In this document: piece by piece, positions 18,261-27,483 of the stretch | Layout: the number at the start of each line of letters is the position of its first letter | How positions within the stretch are numbered: the stretch's first letter is position 1 | Assembly: GCA_038212575.1 (NCBI GenBank) | Contig: JBBQUI010000001.1 | Span: 1 to 43,056, forward strand | Length of the DNA stretch: 43,056 bases | Origin: Flavobacteriales bacterium | GTDB lineage: Bacteria; Bacteroidota; Bacteroidia; Flavobacteriales; Flavobacteriaceae | Direction: 5' to 3' | Position numbers and translations under genes: made by a program | The notes under the pieces: generated by a model | The model's input: the letters and a program-made list of their open reading frames with translations, nothing else | Database searches by the model: none | Told to the model about the DNA's origin: nothing

Positions 18261-18872
18261 ATGCAAATTAAATCTGCGGAATTTGTGATGAGCAACAGCG
18301 ATGTTGCCAAATGCCCAAAAGACCGTTTGCCGGAATACGCTTTTATTGGCCGAAGCAACGTGGGAAAATCTTCGCTCATCAATATGTTGATGTTGCGCAA
18401 AAACTTGGCAAAAACCTCGGGAAGACCTGGGAAGACACAGCTTATCAATCATTTTCTAATAAACAAAAACTGGTATTTGGTAGATTTGCCGGGTTACGGT
18501 TACGCCCGCGTTTCAAAAAGCAGCAAGAAAGTATTTCAGAAATTTATTACCAATTATTTTGAAAAACGGGAGCAAATGGTGCTCGCCTTTGTTTTGGTGG
18601 ACTGTCGTCACGAACCTCAGCCCATCGATATGGAATTTATGCAATGGATGGGCGAAAGCGGGATTCCTTTCAACATAATTTTCACAAAAGCTGATAAACT
18701 GAAACCAAAAGCATTGGAAAGAAACATTAAGGCCTATAGTGAAAAAATGCTGGAAACTTGGGAGGAAATGCCGCCTTATTTTATTACTTCAGCGAGTGAT
18801 TCTTCAGGAAGGGATGAAGTTTTAAATTATATTAGCGAACTAAACTCTTCAATTCCGAATTCTGAATTCTGA
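18261..18872 (+). CDS. engB: Ribosome biogenesis GTPase YihA/YsxC (EngB)
   Basis: [26 protein letters not shown]. Confidence 0.97.
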   Translation: MQIKSAEFVMSNSDVAKCPKDRLPEYAFIGRSNVGKSSLINMLMLRKNLAKTSGRPGKTQLINHFLINKNWYLVDLPGYGYARVSKSSKKVFQKFITNYFEKREQMVLAFVLVDCRHEPQPIDMEFMQWMGESGIPFNIIFTKADKLKPKALERNIKAYSEKMLETWEEMPPYFITSASDSSGRDEVLNYISELNSSIPNSEF

Positions 18873-18880
18873 ATTCAGAA

Positions 18881-19219
18881 TTATTCCTTTTTCAGCTCTA
18901 ACTTTTCTGCAAAATAATCACAGAAATCGCGCATTGTGGCGCTCATTTTATCATCATTTGTAGCGCGTTGAAACGTATCTGCCATGGCGCTCAAGGTTTG
19001 GTGAAAAAAGATTTTCATTTCGTCCACGGGCATGTCTTTGGCCCAAAGATCTATTCTAAGCGATTCCTTTTTTTTACTGTCCCAAACAGAAAGCATCACC
19101 GCCTTGGTTTCTTCGTTTGAAACACCACCGTCTTCCGCAGTCCAACGAATGGTTTCGGGAATTTTGTTTTCGTCAAGACCTACATTTAGTTTTATTTCAG
19201 AAGTATGTTTTATTGCCAT
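18881..19219 (-). CDS. gldC: Gliding motility protein GldC
   Basis: LDENKIPE, WTAEDGG, LRIDLW, DMPVDEMKIFFHQ; downstream of gldB. Confidence 0.93.
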   Translation of the reverse strand: MAIKHTSEIKLNVGLDENKIPETIRWTAEDGGVSNEETKAVMLSVWDSKKKESLRIDLWAKDMPVDEMKIFFHQTLSAMADTFQRATNDDKMSATMRDFCDYFAEKLELKKE

Positions 19220-20175
19220 TATTTCTTTGGTTTGTATTTTGAATTTTCAAATATTTCGTCAGCATCCGTTACCATTAATTGCTGAACGTTTGTGTCGTTA
19301 TTTCCCATATAGGCACGTACAATTTTCCAACCCAAATAACGGCCCAACATTCCAGGGGATTCGTTGTCTATTTCGAGATAGAATTTTGAAAATGGCGCAG
19401 GGCTTATAAATCGCGCGCCAAGCTTGGGATCGGTGCTATAAAGCAATTCCTTCTCCACAAAATAGCGCCACATATATTCTTCATTTTCTTCGGCCCATTG
19501 AAATTCTTCTTCGGTGTAACCTATTTTTTCGGCATCGGAAATGTTTGGAAGCCAAAGATCCTTCAAATAAAGTTGTTTGCCGTAATATATAATTTGACCT
19601 AAAAAAGTAGCTTTGCTTGGTGGTTTTATATACTTCCTTGCATAAGTATCCGCCACATCAGGCCCAATCTGCGTGGGCTTCATCTCCTTCGAAATATACT
19701 TATCAATTACTTCGTAAAAATGATGGTTGCTGCCTAAATAATTATCCAACCCAATAACCAACATATTTTCAGCAAGAATCACTTTATTACGATAATCTAC
19801 GTCTGAAGTTGCGGTTACAACAATGGGCGTCTGAAATTTTGGAAAATAATATTTTATATGCTGAAACAGTGGAAGGAGAGCTTCATTCAATGCTTCATCA
19901 TTTGGAAATGTTTTCGCCACTTCATTTTCAAGTTGATCTTGAAGTGTGTCAGTCAATTTTTCCACCCAAATACTGTCGCTGTATTGCTTCGGAAAAAAAG
20001 CTGGGTATTCCGCTTTCAACTTTGGAAGATCTGCCGGAGTGGCGTTTGCAAATTCTTTGTCGAAACGAACTATTTCAACATTTATAGGAATTTTTCCAAT
20101 TTCCTTTTCAACTTTACTTTCATTGTTGCAAGAAAAAAGGAGAACCCCGAAAAGAAGCATTACAAAATATTTCAT
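19219..20175 (-). CDS. gldB: Gliding motility lipoprotein GldB
   Basis: Lipobox LFSC, LDNYLG, APFSKFYLEIDNESPG, SKYKPKK. Confidence 0.93.
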   Translation of the reverse strand: MKYFVMLLFGVLLFSCNNESKVEKEIGKIPINVEIVRFDKEFANATPADLPKLKAEYPAFFPKQYSDSIWVEKLTDTLQDQLENEVAKTFPNDEALNEALLPLFQHIKYYFPKFQTPIVVTATSDVDYRNKVILAENMLVIGLDNYLGSNHHFYEVIDKYISKEMKPTQIGPDVADTYARKYIKPPSKATFLGQIIYYGKQLYLKDLWLPNISDAEKIGYTEEEFQWAEENEEYMWRYFVEKELLYSTDPKLGARFISPAPFSKFYLEIDNESPGMLGRYLGWKIVRAYMGNNDTNVQQLMVTDADEIFENSKYKPKK

Positions 20176-20261
20176 CTGTATAGAATATTTGAGAAATAGG
20201 AAGATGGCGTGCCCAAATTACCAATTTGAGTTAATTTACAATTTGCTAAAGTGCATTTCAT
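20172..20261 (-). promoter_or_regulatory. Conserved ~90-nt 5' leader / 29-codon uORF (MKCTLANCKLTQIGNLGTPSSYFSNILYR) overlapping the gldB start
   Basis: Aligns with 42192-42282; uORF stop overlaps the gldB start as ATGA; upstream -7 box TACCTTTG at 20334-20341. Confidence 0.55.
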
Positions 20262-20369
20262 AATAGAAAAAATGTTATAGTGGGTTAACGCCATTCCTTT
20301 TTATTAATTTTATCTTTAACAACTTTTGCGGTGCAAAGGTATTATTATTAAAGATTAAAAACACAGAAA

Positions 20370-21158
20370 ATGCAAACCGAAAAAGTTATAGATCATATTG
20401 TAAATTGGTTAAAAACCTATGCAGTAAACGCAAAAATGGATGGCTTTGTAATTGGTATCAGTGGAGGTATTGATTCTGCAGTAACCTCAGCTTTATGCGC
20501 CAAAACTGGGCTTGACCTTTTATGTGTAGAAATGCCCATACACCAACCCCCCTCTCAAGTTAGTCGTGCCTATAACCATATAACTTGGCTAAAAGAAAAT
20601 TTTTCCAGCGTTAAAAAAATTGAGGTAAACCTTACGCCAGTTTTTGATTCCCTGATTGATACTTTGCCAAAAGTTGAAAAAGAAGAAGATCGTTTTATGT
20701 CACTGGCAAACACTCGCGCCCGTTTGCGCATGACAACGCTTTATTATTTTGCTGCCCTACACAAATATTTGGTGGCAGGTACCGGTAATAAAGTGGAGGA
20801 TTTTGGTGTGGGTTTTTATACAAAATATGGCGACGGCGGTGTGGATTTAAGCCCGATAGCCGATTTGATGAAAAGTGAAGTTTACCAAATTGCCCGACAT
20901 TTGGGAATAAATAAAGAAATAATTGAAGCAGCGCCAACCGATGGATTATGGGGCGATGACCGCACCGATGAAGACCAGCTTGGCGCAAGCTACGACGAAT
21001 TGGAATGGGCCATGAAGATGAAAGAAGCTGGTAAAACCAGTTCAGATTTTTCTGGAAGGCAACAAGTGGTTTTTGATATTTATAATAAACTGAACAAAGC
21101 CAATCAGCACAAAATGGTTCCGATTCCCGTTTGCGAAATCCCCAAAGAACTGAAGTAA
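20370..21158 (+). CDS. nadE: NH3-dependent NAD+ synthetase
   Basis: GISGGIDSAV, NTRARLRM, GTGNKVED, TKYGDGG, APTDGLW; no glutaminase domain. Confidence 0.97.
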   Translation: MQTEKVIDHIVNWLKTYAVNAKMDGFVIGISGGIDSAVTSALCAKTGLDLLCVEMPIHQPPSQVSRAYNHITWLKENFSSVKKIEVNLTPVFDSLIDTLPKVEKEEDRFMSLANTRARLRMTTLYYFAALHKYLVAGTGNKVEDFGVGFYTKYGDGGVDLSPIADLMKSEVYQIARHLGINKEIIEAAPTDGLWGDDRTDEDQLGASYDELEWAMKMKEAGKTSSDFSGRQQVVFDIYNKLNKANQHKMVPIPVCEIPKELK

Positions 21159-21322
21159 TATTGTTATTTGTCGAATAATTTAACCATTAAACGAAAGGTT
21201 TATTATTCTTCTCCTTAAGATTTTATATATCCAAAATGTAGTGTTAATATTACGCCAATAAAACTAAATTTCTCCCCAAGTCTAAAGGTTTTATAAATTG
21301 AAGAATCTATAAATACAATAAG

Positions 21323-21955
21323 ATGAAAAAAGTTGTAATTGCAGACCACCATCCAATAACCAGAAAAGGGATAACGGTTTTACTCAATAGCACAACCGAT
21401 TATACAATAGTCGGCAAAGTAGCACGAGGTTCAGAATTACTGAGATGTTTAGAAAAGGAACGTCCAGATATTTTGATTTTAGAGCTTGACATTCCCGAAA
21501 TCAATGGTTTTCACGCGTTGCGAAGTATACGTGAGGAGTTTCCAAAAACACGAATTGCCATTTTTTCATCGCACCCGGAAGAAATTTATGCACTTCGCTC
21601 CATAAAATCTGGGGCTGCTGGCTATATTCCAAAAACTTCTTCCAAAGAGGTGTTTCTTCAAGCTATTAAACGCATAGCGATGGGTGGAGTATTTTTAAAC
21701 GAGGAAATTGCAGCCGCATTAAACAACAAGGCAGTAAACGATAATACTATTGTGGGGCGCTATAAAAAACTTTCTGCAAGGGAAATAGAAGTGCTAAACC
21801 TACTCTCCAACGGAAAACGCAACAAAGACATTGCTACGCTTCTTGAAATAAATGAAAAAACCGTCAGCACATACAAAACACGGCTTTTGAAAAAACTAAA
21901 TGTTACGAGTTTGGCTGATTTGATTAACCAAGCACGGATGTTTCAGTTTAATTGA
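21323..21955 (+). CDS. NarL/LuxR-type response regulator (atypical receiver)
   Basis: REC domain plus LSAREIEVL...KTVSTYKTRLLKKL HTH. Confidence 0.93.
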   Translation: MKKVVIADHHPITRKGITVLLNSTTDYTIVGKVARGSELLRCLEKERPDILILELDIPEINGFHALRSIREEFPKTRIAIFSSHPEEIYALRSIKSGAAGYIPKTSSKEVFLQAIKRIAMGGVFLNEEIAAALNNKAVNDNTIVGRYKKLSAREIEVLNLLSNGKRNKDIATLLEINEKTVSTYKTRLLKKLNVTSLADLINQARMFQFN

Positions 21956-23914
21956 CTACAACACTCTGTTCAATTTTTCGGAAAGCACTTTTTTTAGACT
22001 TATGTAATCCACAATTTCTTGCAGACCCGTTTCCTTTTCAGGATTGTTTTCCTGCTTCATCGTTTCGGAAAGTTCATTTATTTTTTGGGAAACCAAATGC
22101 CTGCGAAGGTTTAGAATAGTTTCACTAACCATTTGGGCAATGGTCTGTTCTTTTTCTTTTACATAAATTTCCTTACGTTCCCAGTTGTGGAGTATGTACC
22201 TTTCCTCTTCCATCAAAACGTGGGTAATTGCAGATGCCATTTCTGGCTGCAGTTCATTAATAAAACTTTCTGCTTTGGCTTCCGGGTTTTGGGTAAAACG
22301 GTTTACCACTTCATAATACAAATCTTTAAATTCTTGATTTGTAAACTCTATTTCGTCTTCCTGCAAATCCAAAAATATTTTCTCGTAAACTCTCGATTTG
22401 TGAATCTCTGGCTTTAATGAAATTTCACCCTTTTCGTTTGCCTCAATAATTAATTCCTCAAAATCTTCTTCAACATTCCCATAGAGCAACAACAACTCAA
22501 TGATTTTTTGTTCTAACTGAAACTGTACATCTACTTTTTCAATCTTTTTTTCTGAAGAAATAACTTCAAACGCTTCATGGGGAATTTCAGCTTTTTTTGA
22601 AGCATCTTTTCTCTCCTTTTGAAAAATCTGCGCAAGTGTATTGAAAAGAACTTGCTCTGAAATATCCATAATGCGCGAACATTCCTTTATATATACTTCG
22701 CGCTTGATTACATCTGGAATTTTAGCAATACTATGTACCATATCGTGTATGGTTTCAGCCTTTTTTATAGGATCATTTTTTGCATCGGAAGCGAGCAGCG
22801 AGGCTTTAAAAGTGATAAAATCCTTGGCGTTTTCTTCCAAATAGAGCGTGAGTTCTTCCAACGAATTTTTACGCGAAAAACTGTCCGGATCCTCCCCTTC
22901 TGGAAAAGTGCAGATTTTCACGTTCATCCCCTGCTCCAAAATTAAGTCGATACCCCGAAGCGATGCGCGAAGACCCGCCGCATCACCGTCAAAAAGAACG
23001 GTTATGTTTTTGGTAAGTCTATTTATCAACCGAATCTGTTCCGAAGTCAAAGCAGTTCCTGAAGAGGAAACTACATTGTGGATTCCTGTTTGATAAAACT
23101 GGATAACATCGGTATAACCCTCAACCAAATAGCAATTGTCTTCTTTGGCAATACTTTGTTTGGCGTGAAAAATACCGTAGAGCACTTTGCTTTTATGGTA
23201 AATATCGCTTTCGGGAGAGTTTAAATATTTCGCCGCTTTTTTATCCGAAGTTAAGATCCGCCCGCCAAAACCAAGCGTGCGACCACTCATACTAAGGATT
23301 GGGAACATTACCCTTCCCTTAAAACGGTCGAACTGTTTTTCTTCTTTTACTATGGACAAACCTGTTTTTTCGAGAAACTCTAGCTTGTAGCCTTTTTTTA
23401 TGGCGTGGCTGGTAAAGGCATCCCAAGAATCAGGCGAATAACCGAGCTCAAACTTTTTGATAGTTTCATCAGTAAAGCCACGTTCCTTAAAATAGGAAAG
23501 ACCGATGGCTTTGCCCTCCTCGGTTTTTAGTAATGTACTGTGGAAATAATCTTTGGCGAATTCGCTTACCAAATAAAGACTTTCCCTCTCGTTGGCCTGT
23601 TCTTTATCTTCGGCGGTTTGCTCGGTTTCCTCTACTTCAATCCCGTACTTTTTCGCCAAGAATTTTATGGCTTCGGGATAAGTGAAGTGTTCATGCTCCA
23701 TCAAAAATGCCACCACATTCCCCCCTTTTCCGCTACTGAAATCCTTCCAAATCTGTTTTACGGGACTTACCATAAAACTTGGCGAACGTTCGTCAGTAAA
23801 CGGACTGAGGCCTTTGTAGTTGCTGCCCGATTTCTTCAACTGCACAAAATCGCCGATTACCTCCTCTACTCGAGCAGTTTCAAAAACGTTGTCTATGGTG
23901 GTTTTGGAGATCAG
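21956..23914 (-). CDS. dnaG: DNA primase; N-terminus extends beyond the ORF-track start to a probable CTG at 23914
   Basis: In-frame (L/M)ISKTTIDNVFETARVEEVIGDFVQLKKSG; FKGRVMFPI, KYLNSPES, VEGYTDV, FDGDAAG, DPD. Confidence 0.95.
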   Translation of the reverse strand: MISKTTIDNVFETARVEEVIGDFVQLKKSGSNYKGLSPFTDERSPSFMVSPVKQIWKDFSSGKGGNVVAFLMEHEHFTYPEAIKFLAKKYGIEVEETEQTAEDKEQANERESLYLVSEFAKDYFHSTLLKTEEGKAIGLSYFKERGFTDETIKKFELGYSPDSWDAFTSHAIKKGYKLEFLEKTGLSIVKEEKQFDRFKGRVMFPILSMSGRTLGFGGRILTSDKKAAKYLNSPESDIYHKSKVLYGIFHAKQSIAKEDNCYLVEGYTDVIQFYQTGIHNVVSSSGTALTSEQIRLINRLTKNITVLFDGDAAGLRASLRGIDLILEQGMNVKICTFPEGEDPDSFSRKNSLEELTLYLEENAKDFITFKASLLASDAKNDPIKKAETIHDMVHSIAKIPDVIKREVYIKECSRIMDISEQVLFNTLAQIFQKERKDASKKAEIPHEAFEVISSEKKIEKVDVQFQLEQKIIELLLLYGNVEEDFEELIIEANEKGEISLKPEIHKSRVYEKIFLDLQEDEIEFTNQEFKDLYYEVVNRFTQNPEAKAESFINELQPEMASAITHVLMEEERYILHNWERKEIYVKEKEQTIAQMVSETILNLRRHLVSQKINELSETMKQENNPEKETGLQEIVDYISLKKVLSEKLNRVL

Positions 23915-23966
23915 ATTGTTGGAATTTTAGGTTGTTGGACTTTTAGATTGTCGGATTGATAGATTT
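23912..23966. repeat. Degenerate 8-mer array (GATTGTTG-type) abutting the dnaG start
   Basis: agattgtt ggaatttt aggttgtt ggactttt agattgtc ggattgat agattttt. Confidence 0.75.
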
Positions 23967-24148
23967 TTGTTGTGTAAAAATAGGGATTTCTTTATAGTTT
24001 CAAGTTTAAAGTTGCAAGTATAGATGGAAAGCTGGCCGTTCTATATTTCTTGCTGCTTTATGTCTCTAATAACTATTTGCCATAAAAAAATTAAGCCCTG
24101 CAAACTTTCATCTACAGAGCTTTTTTCAAAAAATAATTTGTTATTGAA

Positions 24149-24535
24149 CTAACTAACTTTTGAAAGCTTTAATACTTTTTCTATTTCTATGTTGCAGGTG
24201 ATGGAGCGGGTGTAGTCCATAATTAGGTTTACGGGCACATTTTTTAAAGAAACACCCTGGTTGCTACCGTATCTATGGATGTAGTGTTTTTTGAAGTTTT
24301 TTATGGCATTGTCATCTGCTATTTCAATTTGCTCTAGCGAGTCGAAACTGTTATTGAGGGTTTCGTAGTCTTGGGCGTTGAGGATTTTGCTTCTAGATAA
24401 GTCCAGTGAAATAAGGTAGTGTGTATCATCTATATCCTTAACGTAGCAACTGTCTGAAATTATCGATGGAATGTTTAAGCCTTTGTTTAACTGAATCTTC
24501 AGTTTTAGGTTTTGTTTGCGGAGATCTCTTTTCAT
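24149..24535 (-). CDS. Hypothetical protein (128 aa)
   Basis: ATG-started ORF filling an otherwise empty interval; no recognised motif. Confidence 0.65.
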   Translation of the reverse strand: MKRDLRKQNLKLKIQLNKGLNIPSIISDSCYVKDIDDTHYLISLDLSRSKILNAQDYETLNNSFDSLEQIEIADDNAIKNFKKHYIHRYGSNQGVSLKNVPVNLIMDYTRSITCNIEIEKVLKLSKVS

Positions 24536-24673
24536 AGCGATGATTGTTTTTTCTGTAAGAGCGCTCAGTTTTTGTCGAATTAAATGTAATCAAAAAAGGG
24601 CTTGAAAATTATTCCTTTACACTGAATTAACGTTAATTTAATATTGGGTTTTTGTTTAAAATCTGAGATAAAA

Positions 24674-24770
24674 AACCTACAAGATTTTCGTCCTTCGCTA
24701 AAAAAACTTGTGCCTCAGCTAAAGCTTCGGCAACACGTGGACGAAGGACGATGGAAAAATCTTGCAGGTT
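24674..24770. repeat. Three-layer nested REP-like palindrome
   Basis: AACCTACAAGATTTT/AAAATCTTGCAGGTT outer; TCGTCCTTCG/CGAAGGACGA middle; GCTAAAGCTTCGG core. Confidence 0.8.
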
Positions 24771-24803
24771 GGTAAACAAAACGAATAATGAAAGGGTTTG
24801 TGG

Positions 24804-25874
24804 TTAATCTACATCAAAACGCAACCCCAAAGAAACGTTGCGCTGATCCACAGGATTATTTTTAAAGATTGTATTTAAATCGTATTTGGCGTAAACAGCC
24901 ACGCCTTGCCAACCTATGTAAGCACTGAGGCCGTAGATGAACTTGTTTGTGTTGTAATCTGCTTTCAGTTTTAATTTTTGGTCTTCGCCGTCTTCTTCAA
25001 ATTTCAGTTTTTGGCGTGCGCCCAAATTGATACCAGCATAACCGCCGAGTCCTACTTTTATCTGGTTTTCTGTGTTATAACGGAAGTAGCCCTCTTGTTC
25101 TTCTTTTTTGGAAGGGCCAAACTCAAAGTGGATTGGCACCACTAAATTGTCCATTCTAAATTTTGATTTATCCAGATTTAGCGGATATTCCTGAAGCACA
25201 GTTTCTGAACCGGTATCTACATAATAACGATTACCCGTTGGCTTTAAACCATTGAACTGAAAGGACACGCCATACTTAACACGTAGCCAATTTGTATTTT
25301 CAAAAACACGGGTTTTCCACGCCCAACCTAATTCGGCAAAGCGACTACCGGCAACTTTAAATTCTGAATCCTGCAAAGATTCACCTTCTGTAATTACATT
25401 GTTCAAACCAAACGCAAACACCAAGTCTGAGGTAGTGCGACGGTCATATTTGCGTTTTTTGTTTTTGGGGCCGATATAGAGAACATTGTCATTCTCATTG
25501 TTTTTCCCACTGGAACCAATACGTATAACCATACCGCTGTCTTCGTATTCTTCAACACTCCCGTTACGTTTTAGCAGTGCTACTTTATTGTCAATGATTG
25601 CAAGTCGGTTTTCAATATTAAGTGCGCGCTTTTCTGCAGCCTCCTGCTTTAATGTTTCGGCCTCTTCTTTAGTAATTGCCTGATTTTCCAAACGGGCGTT
25701 GATGTTTTCCACATCGGCTAAAAGGGCATCTTTTTCTTCCTGAATTATTTTTTCTTTTAATTCCGTTAGCTGCTCTACAGCCGTCTGGGTGTCGTGATCA
25801 ATTTCCTGTGCTTCAGCGTACATTGCCGCAAATAGCCATAAAGAAAGAGCGATGGTGAATGTAATTAATTTCAT
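24804..25874 (-). CDS. Outer-membrane beta-barrel protein with N-terminal coiled coil
   Basis: Signal peptide (AEA|Q), E/K-rich helical region, amphipathic beta strands ending RNVSLGLRFDVD. Confidence 0.75.
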   Translation of the reverse strand: MKLITFTIALSLWLFAAMYAEAQEIDHDTQTAVEQLTELKEKIIQEEKDALLADVENINARLENQAITKEEAETLKQEAAEKRALNIENRLAIIDNKVALLKRNGSVEEYEDSGMVIRIGSSGKNNENDNVLYIGPKNKKRKYDRRTTSDLVFAFGLNNVITEGESLQDSEFKVAGSRFAELGWAWKTRVFENTNWLRVKYGVSFQFNGLKPTGNRYYVDTGSETVLQEYPLNLDKSKFRMDNLVVPIHFEFGPSKKEEQEGYFRYNTENQIKVGLGGYAGINLGARQKLKFEEDGEDQKLKLKADYNTNKFIYGLSAYIGWQGVAVYAKYDLNTIFKNNPVDQRNVSLGLRFDVD

Positions 25875-25910
25875 AACTGTTTGATTTTTGATTAATGATG
25901 AATTGTTTTT

Positions 25911-26016
25911 TAATGAATAATGTATAATGCGTAATGAATAATGTGAAATGAATAATTATTGATTTATGGTACTGGCTGAAGTTTTGTTATTAATTGCTCA
26001 TTACTAATTACTAATC
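25911..26016. repeat. Heptamer arrays TAATGnn and TTACTAA-type in roughly opposite orientation
   Basis: taatgaa taatgta taatgcg taatgaa taatgtg aaatgaa (25911-25952); ttgctca ttactaa ttactaa (to about 26014). Confidence 0.75.
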
Positions 26017-26850
26017 ATTTCGCTCTGTTACCGCAGTTCTTATCTTGTTAAAACCTTCCCCGAGGGCGTCAAAAACTTTATCGCGGAAGCCTTTTTCGAG
26101 TTCCCATTCCACATCCTGCAACAATGCCGTGGCATCTACTTTTGGGCTGTTTAATATCCGTTGGGTCTGTATTTCGCGGCGGGCGCTGTTCAGTAATGCT
26201 TCCACTTCGGTTGCGGTTACTTCTGTGTTGTTTTCTTGAAGCTTTTTTACCGAGGCTACTACTTCGTCCACTTTATTGTTGAAGAGTTTGTCTTCTTCAC
26301 GCTTCGCTAAAGCTTCGGGAGACACGTGGGCGGAAGACATTTCGGAATTAATTGGCTTTTCCTTTTTTACAGCTTGTGGCATTTCTTCATTCGTAACTTT
26401 TGCAATAGCTTCGGACTTTTCAATCTTTTTATCAATTGCAGATTTTTTCTGTGGAAGTGGTTTCAGTTGAACCGAATTCGATTTTTTCTTTTCAGTTTCT
26501 TTTTTGGAAACATTAGTTTCAACTATTTCTGAAGTATTTTCTTCGGAAGCTATTACTTCTGTTTCAGAATTATTCCGAATAATTTCAGATTCAGTTTCAA
26601 TATTTCGCTGTTCCAGATTTTCATCCACTATTTGATTGTTCACTTCAGCATTGTTTCTACTAAAGAAAACCGAAGCCAAAATAAGCAGCCCCACAAAACT
26701 CGCGGCAACATAATACCAAACAACGGTTTTGTTTTTGGGCTGTTTTGCCTCCAATTGTGCTTCCAGTTTTTTCCAAGCCTCTGCGGAAGGTTTCATTTCC
26801 CTCGCTTCCAGCTTTTCGCGTATGTTGTCTTCCAGTTTATAGGGTGCCAT
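26011..26850 (-). CDS. Single-TM protein, probable anti-sigma factor
   Basis: IREKLEAREMKPSAEAWKKLE, then WYYVAASFVGLLIL TM; overlaps ECF sigma gene end. Confidence 0.72.
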   Translation of the reverse strand: MAPYKLEDNIREKLEAREMKPSAEAWKKLEAQLEAKQPKNKTVVWYYVAASFVGLLILASVFFSRNNAEVNNQIVDENLEQRNIETESEIIRNNSETEVIASEENTSEIVETNVSKKETEKKKSNSVQLKPLPQKKSAIDKKIEKSEAIAKVTNEEMPQAVKKEKPINSEMSSAHVSPEALAKREEDKLFNNKVDEVVASVKKLQENNTEVTATEVEALLNSARREIQTQRILNSPKVDATALLQDVEWELEKGFRDKVFDALGEGFNKIRTAVTERND

Positions 26851-27403
26851 AACTTAAATTGTTTTGTTGTTTGACCATGTTTTGAAGCATTTTTCGGGCT
26901 TTGAACAGTTGCGTTTTTGAAGTGTTCTCGCTTATCTGCAATAACTCGGCAATCTCACCGTGTTTGTAACCTTCCACGGCGTAAAGCACAAAAACCGTTT
27001 TGTAACCGTCGGGCAGGCTGTCTATCATTTTTTGAATTTCAGCTGTTTCCAACTCGGTTTCAATGTAGGTGGAATGTTCGGTCGTGTTCTCTATTTCAGT
27101 TTCAGAAATGAATTGTAACTTTTTGTCTTTCCGAAGTTGCGAAATGCTTTCATTCACCATTATCCTTCTTATCCAACCTTCAAAACTGCCTTCGTTTTTG
27201 AAATCGTTTAAGTGGGTGAACATCTTCAAAAACCCGGAAAGCATCACTTCTTCCGCCAAATCGTTGTTTTTTAAATACTGCCTGCAAACCCCCAGCATTT
27301 TTGGCGAAAACATATCGAACAATTGATGTTGCGCTCGTCGATCACCGTCGGATGCTTTCTCAATTAATTTTGAATAGTTTTTATGTAATGATATAATCTT
27401 CAC
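26837..27403 (-). CDS. ECF RNA polymerase sigma factor
   Basis: SFEGWIRRIMVN (region 2), LPDGYKTVFVLYAVEGYKHGEIAELLQISENTSKTQLFKAR (region 4). Confidence 0.96.
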   Translation of the reverse strand: MKIISLHKNYSKLIEKASDGDRRAQHQLFDMFSPKMLGVCRQYLKNNDLAEEVMLSGFLKMFTHLNDFKNEGSFEGWIRRIMVNESISQLRKDKKLQFISETEIENTTEHSTYIETELETAEIQKMIDSLPDGYKTVFVLYAVEGYKHGEIAELLQISENTSKTQLFKARKMLQNMVKQQNNLSYGTL

Positions 27404-27434
27404 GCAAGCTTTGCTGTTTGTGCTTCTATTTTAA

Positions 27435-27462
27435 TAGACGCAGGTTTTTGAAGAATGGTTGC
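27435..27462 (-). promoter_or_regulatory. Probable autoregulatory ECF promoter
   Basis: Minus strand GCAACC-N16-CGTCTA, 31 nt upstream of the sigma GTG; fits the general ECF AAC/CGT consensus. Confidence 0.7.
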
Positions 27463-27483
27463 CTGAGTGAAAAAATTTCTTCT

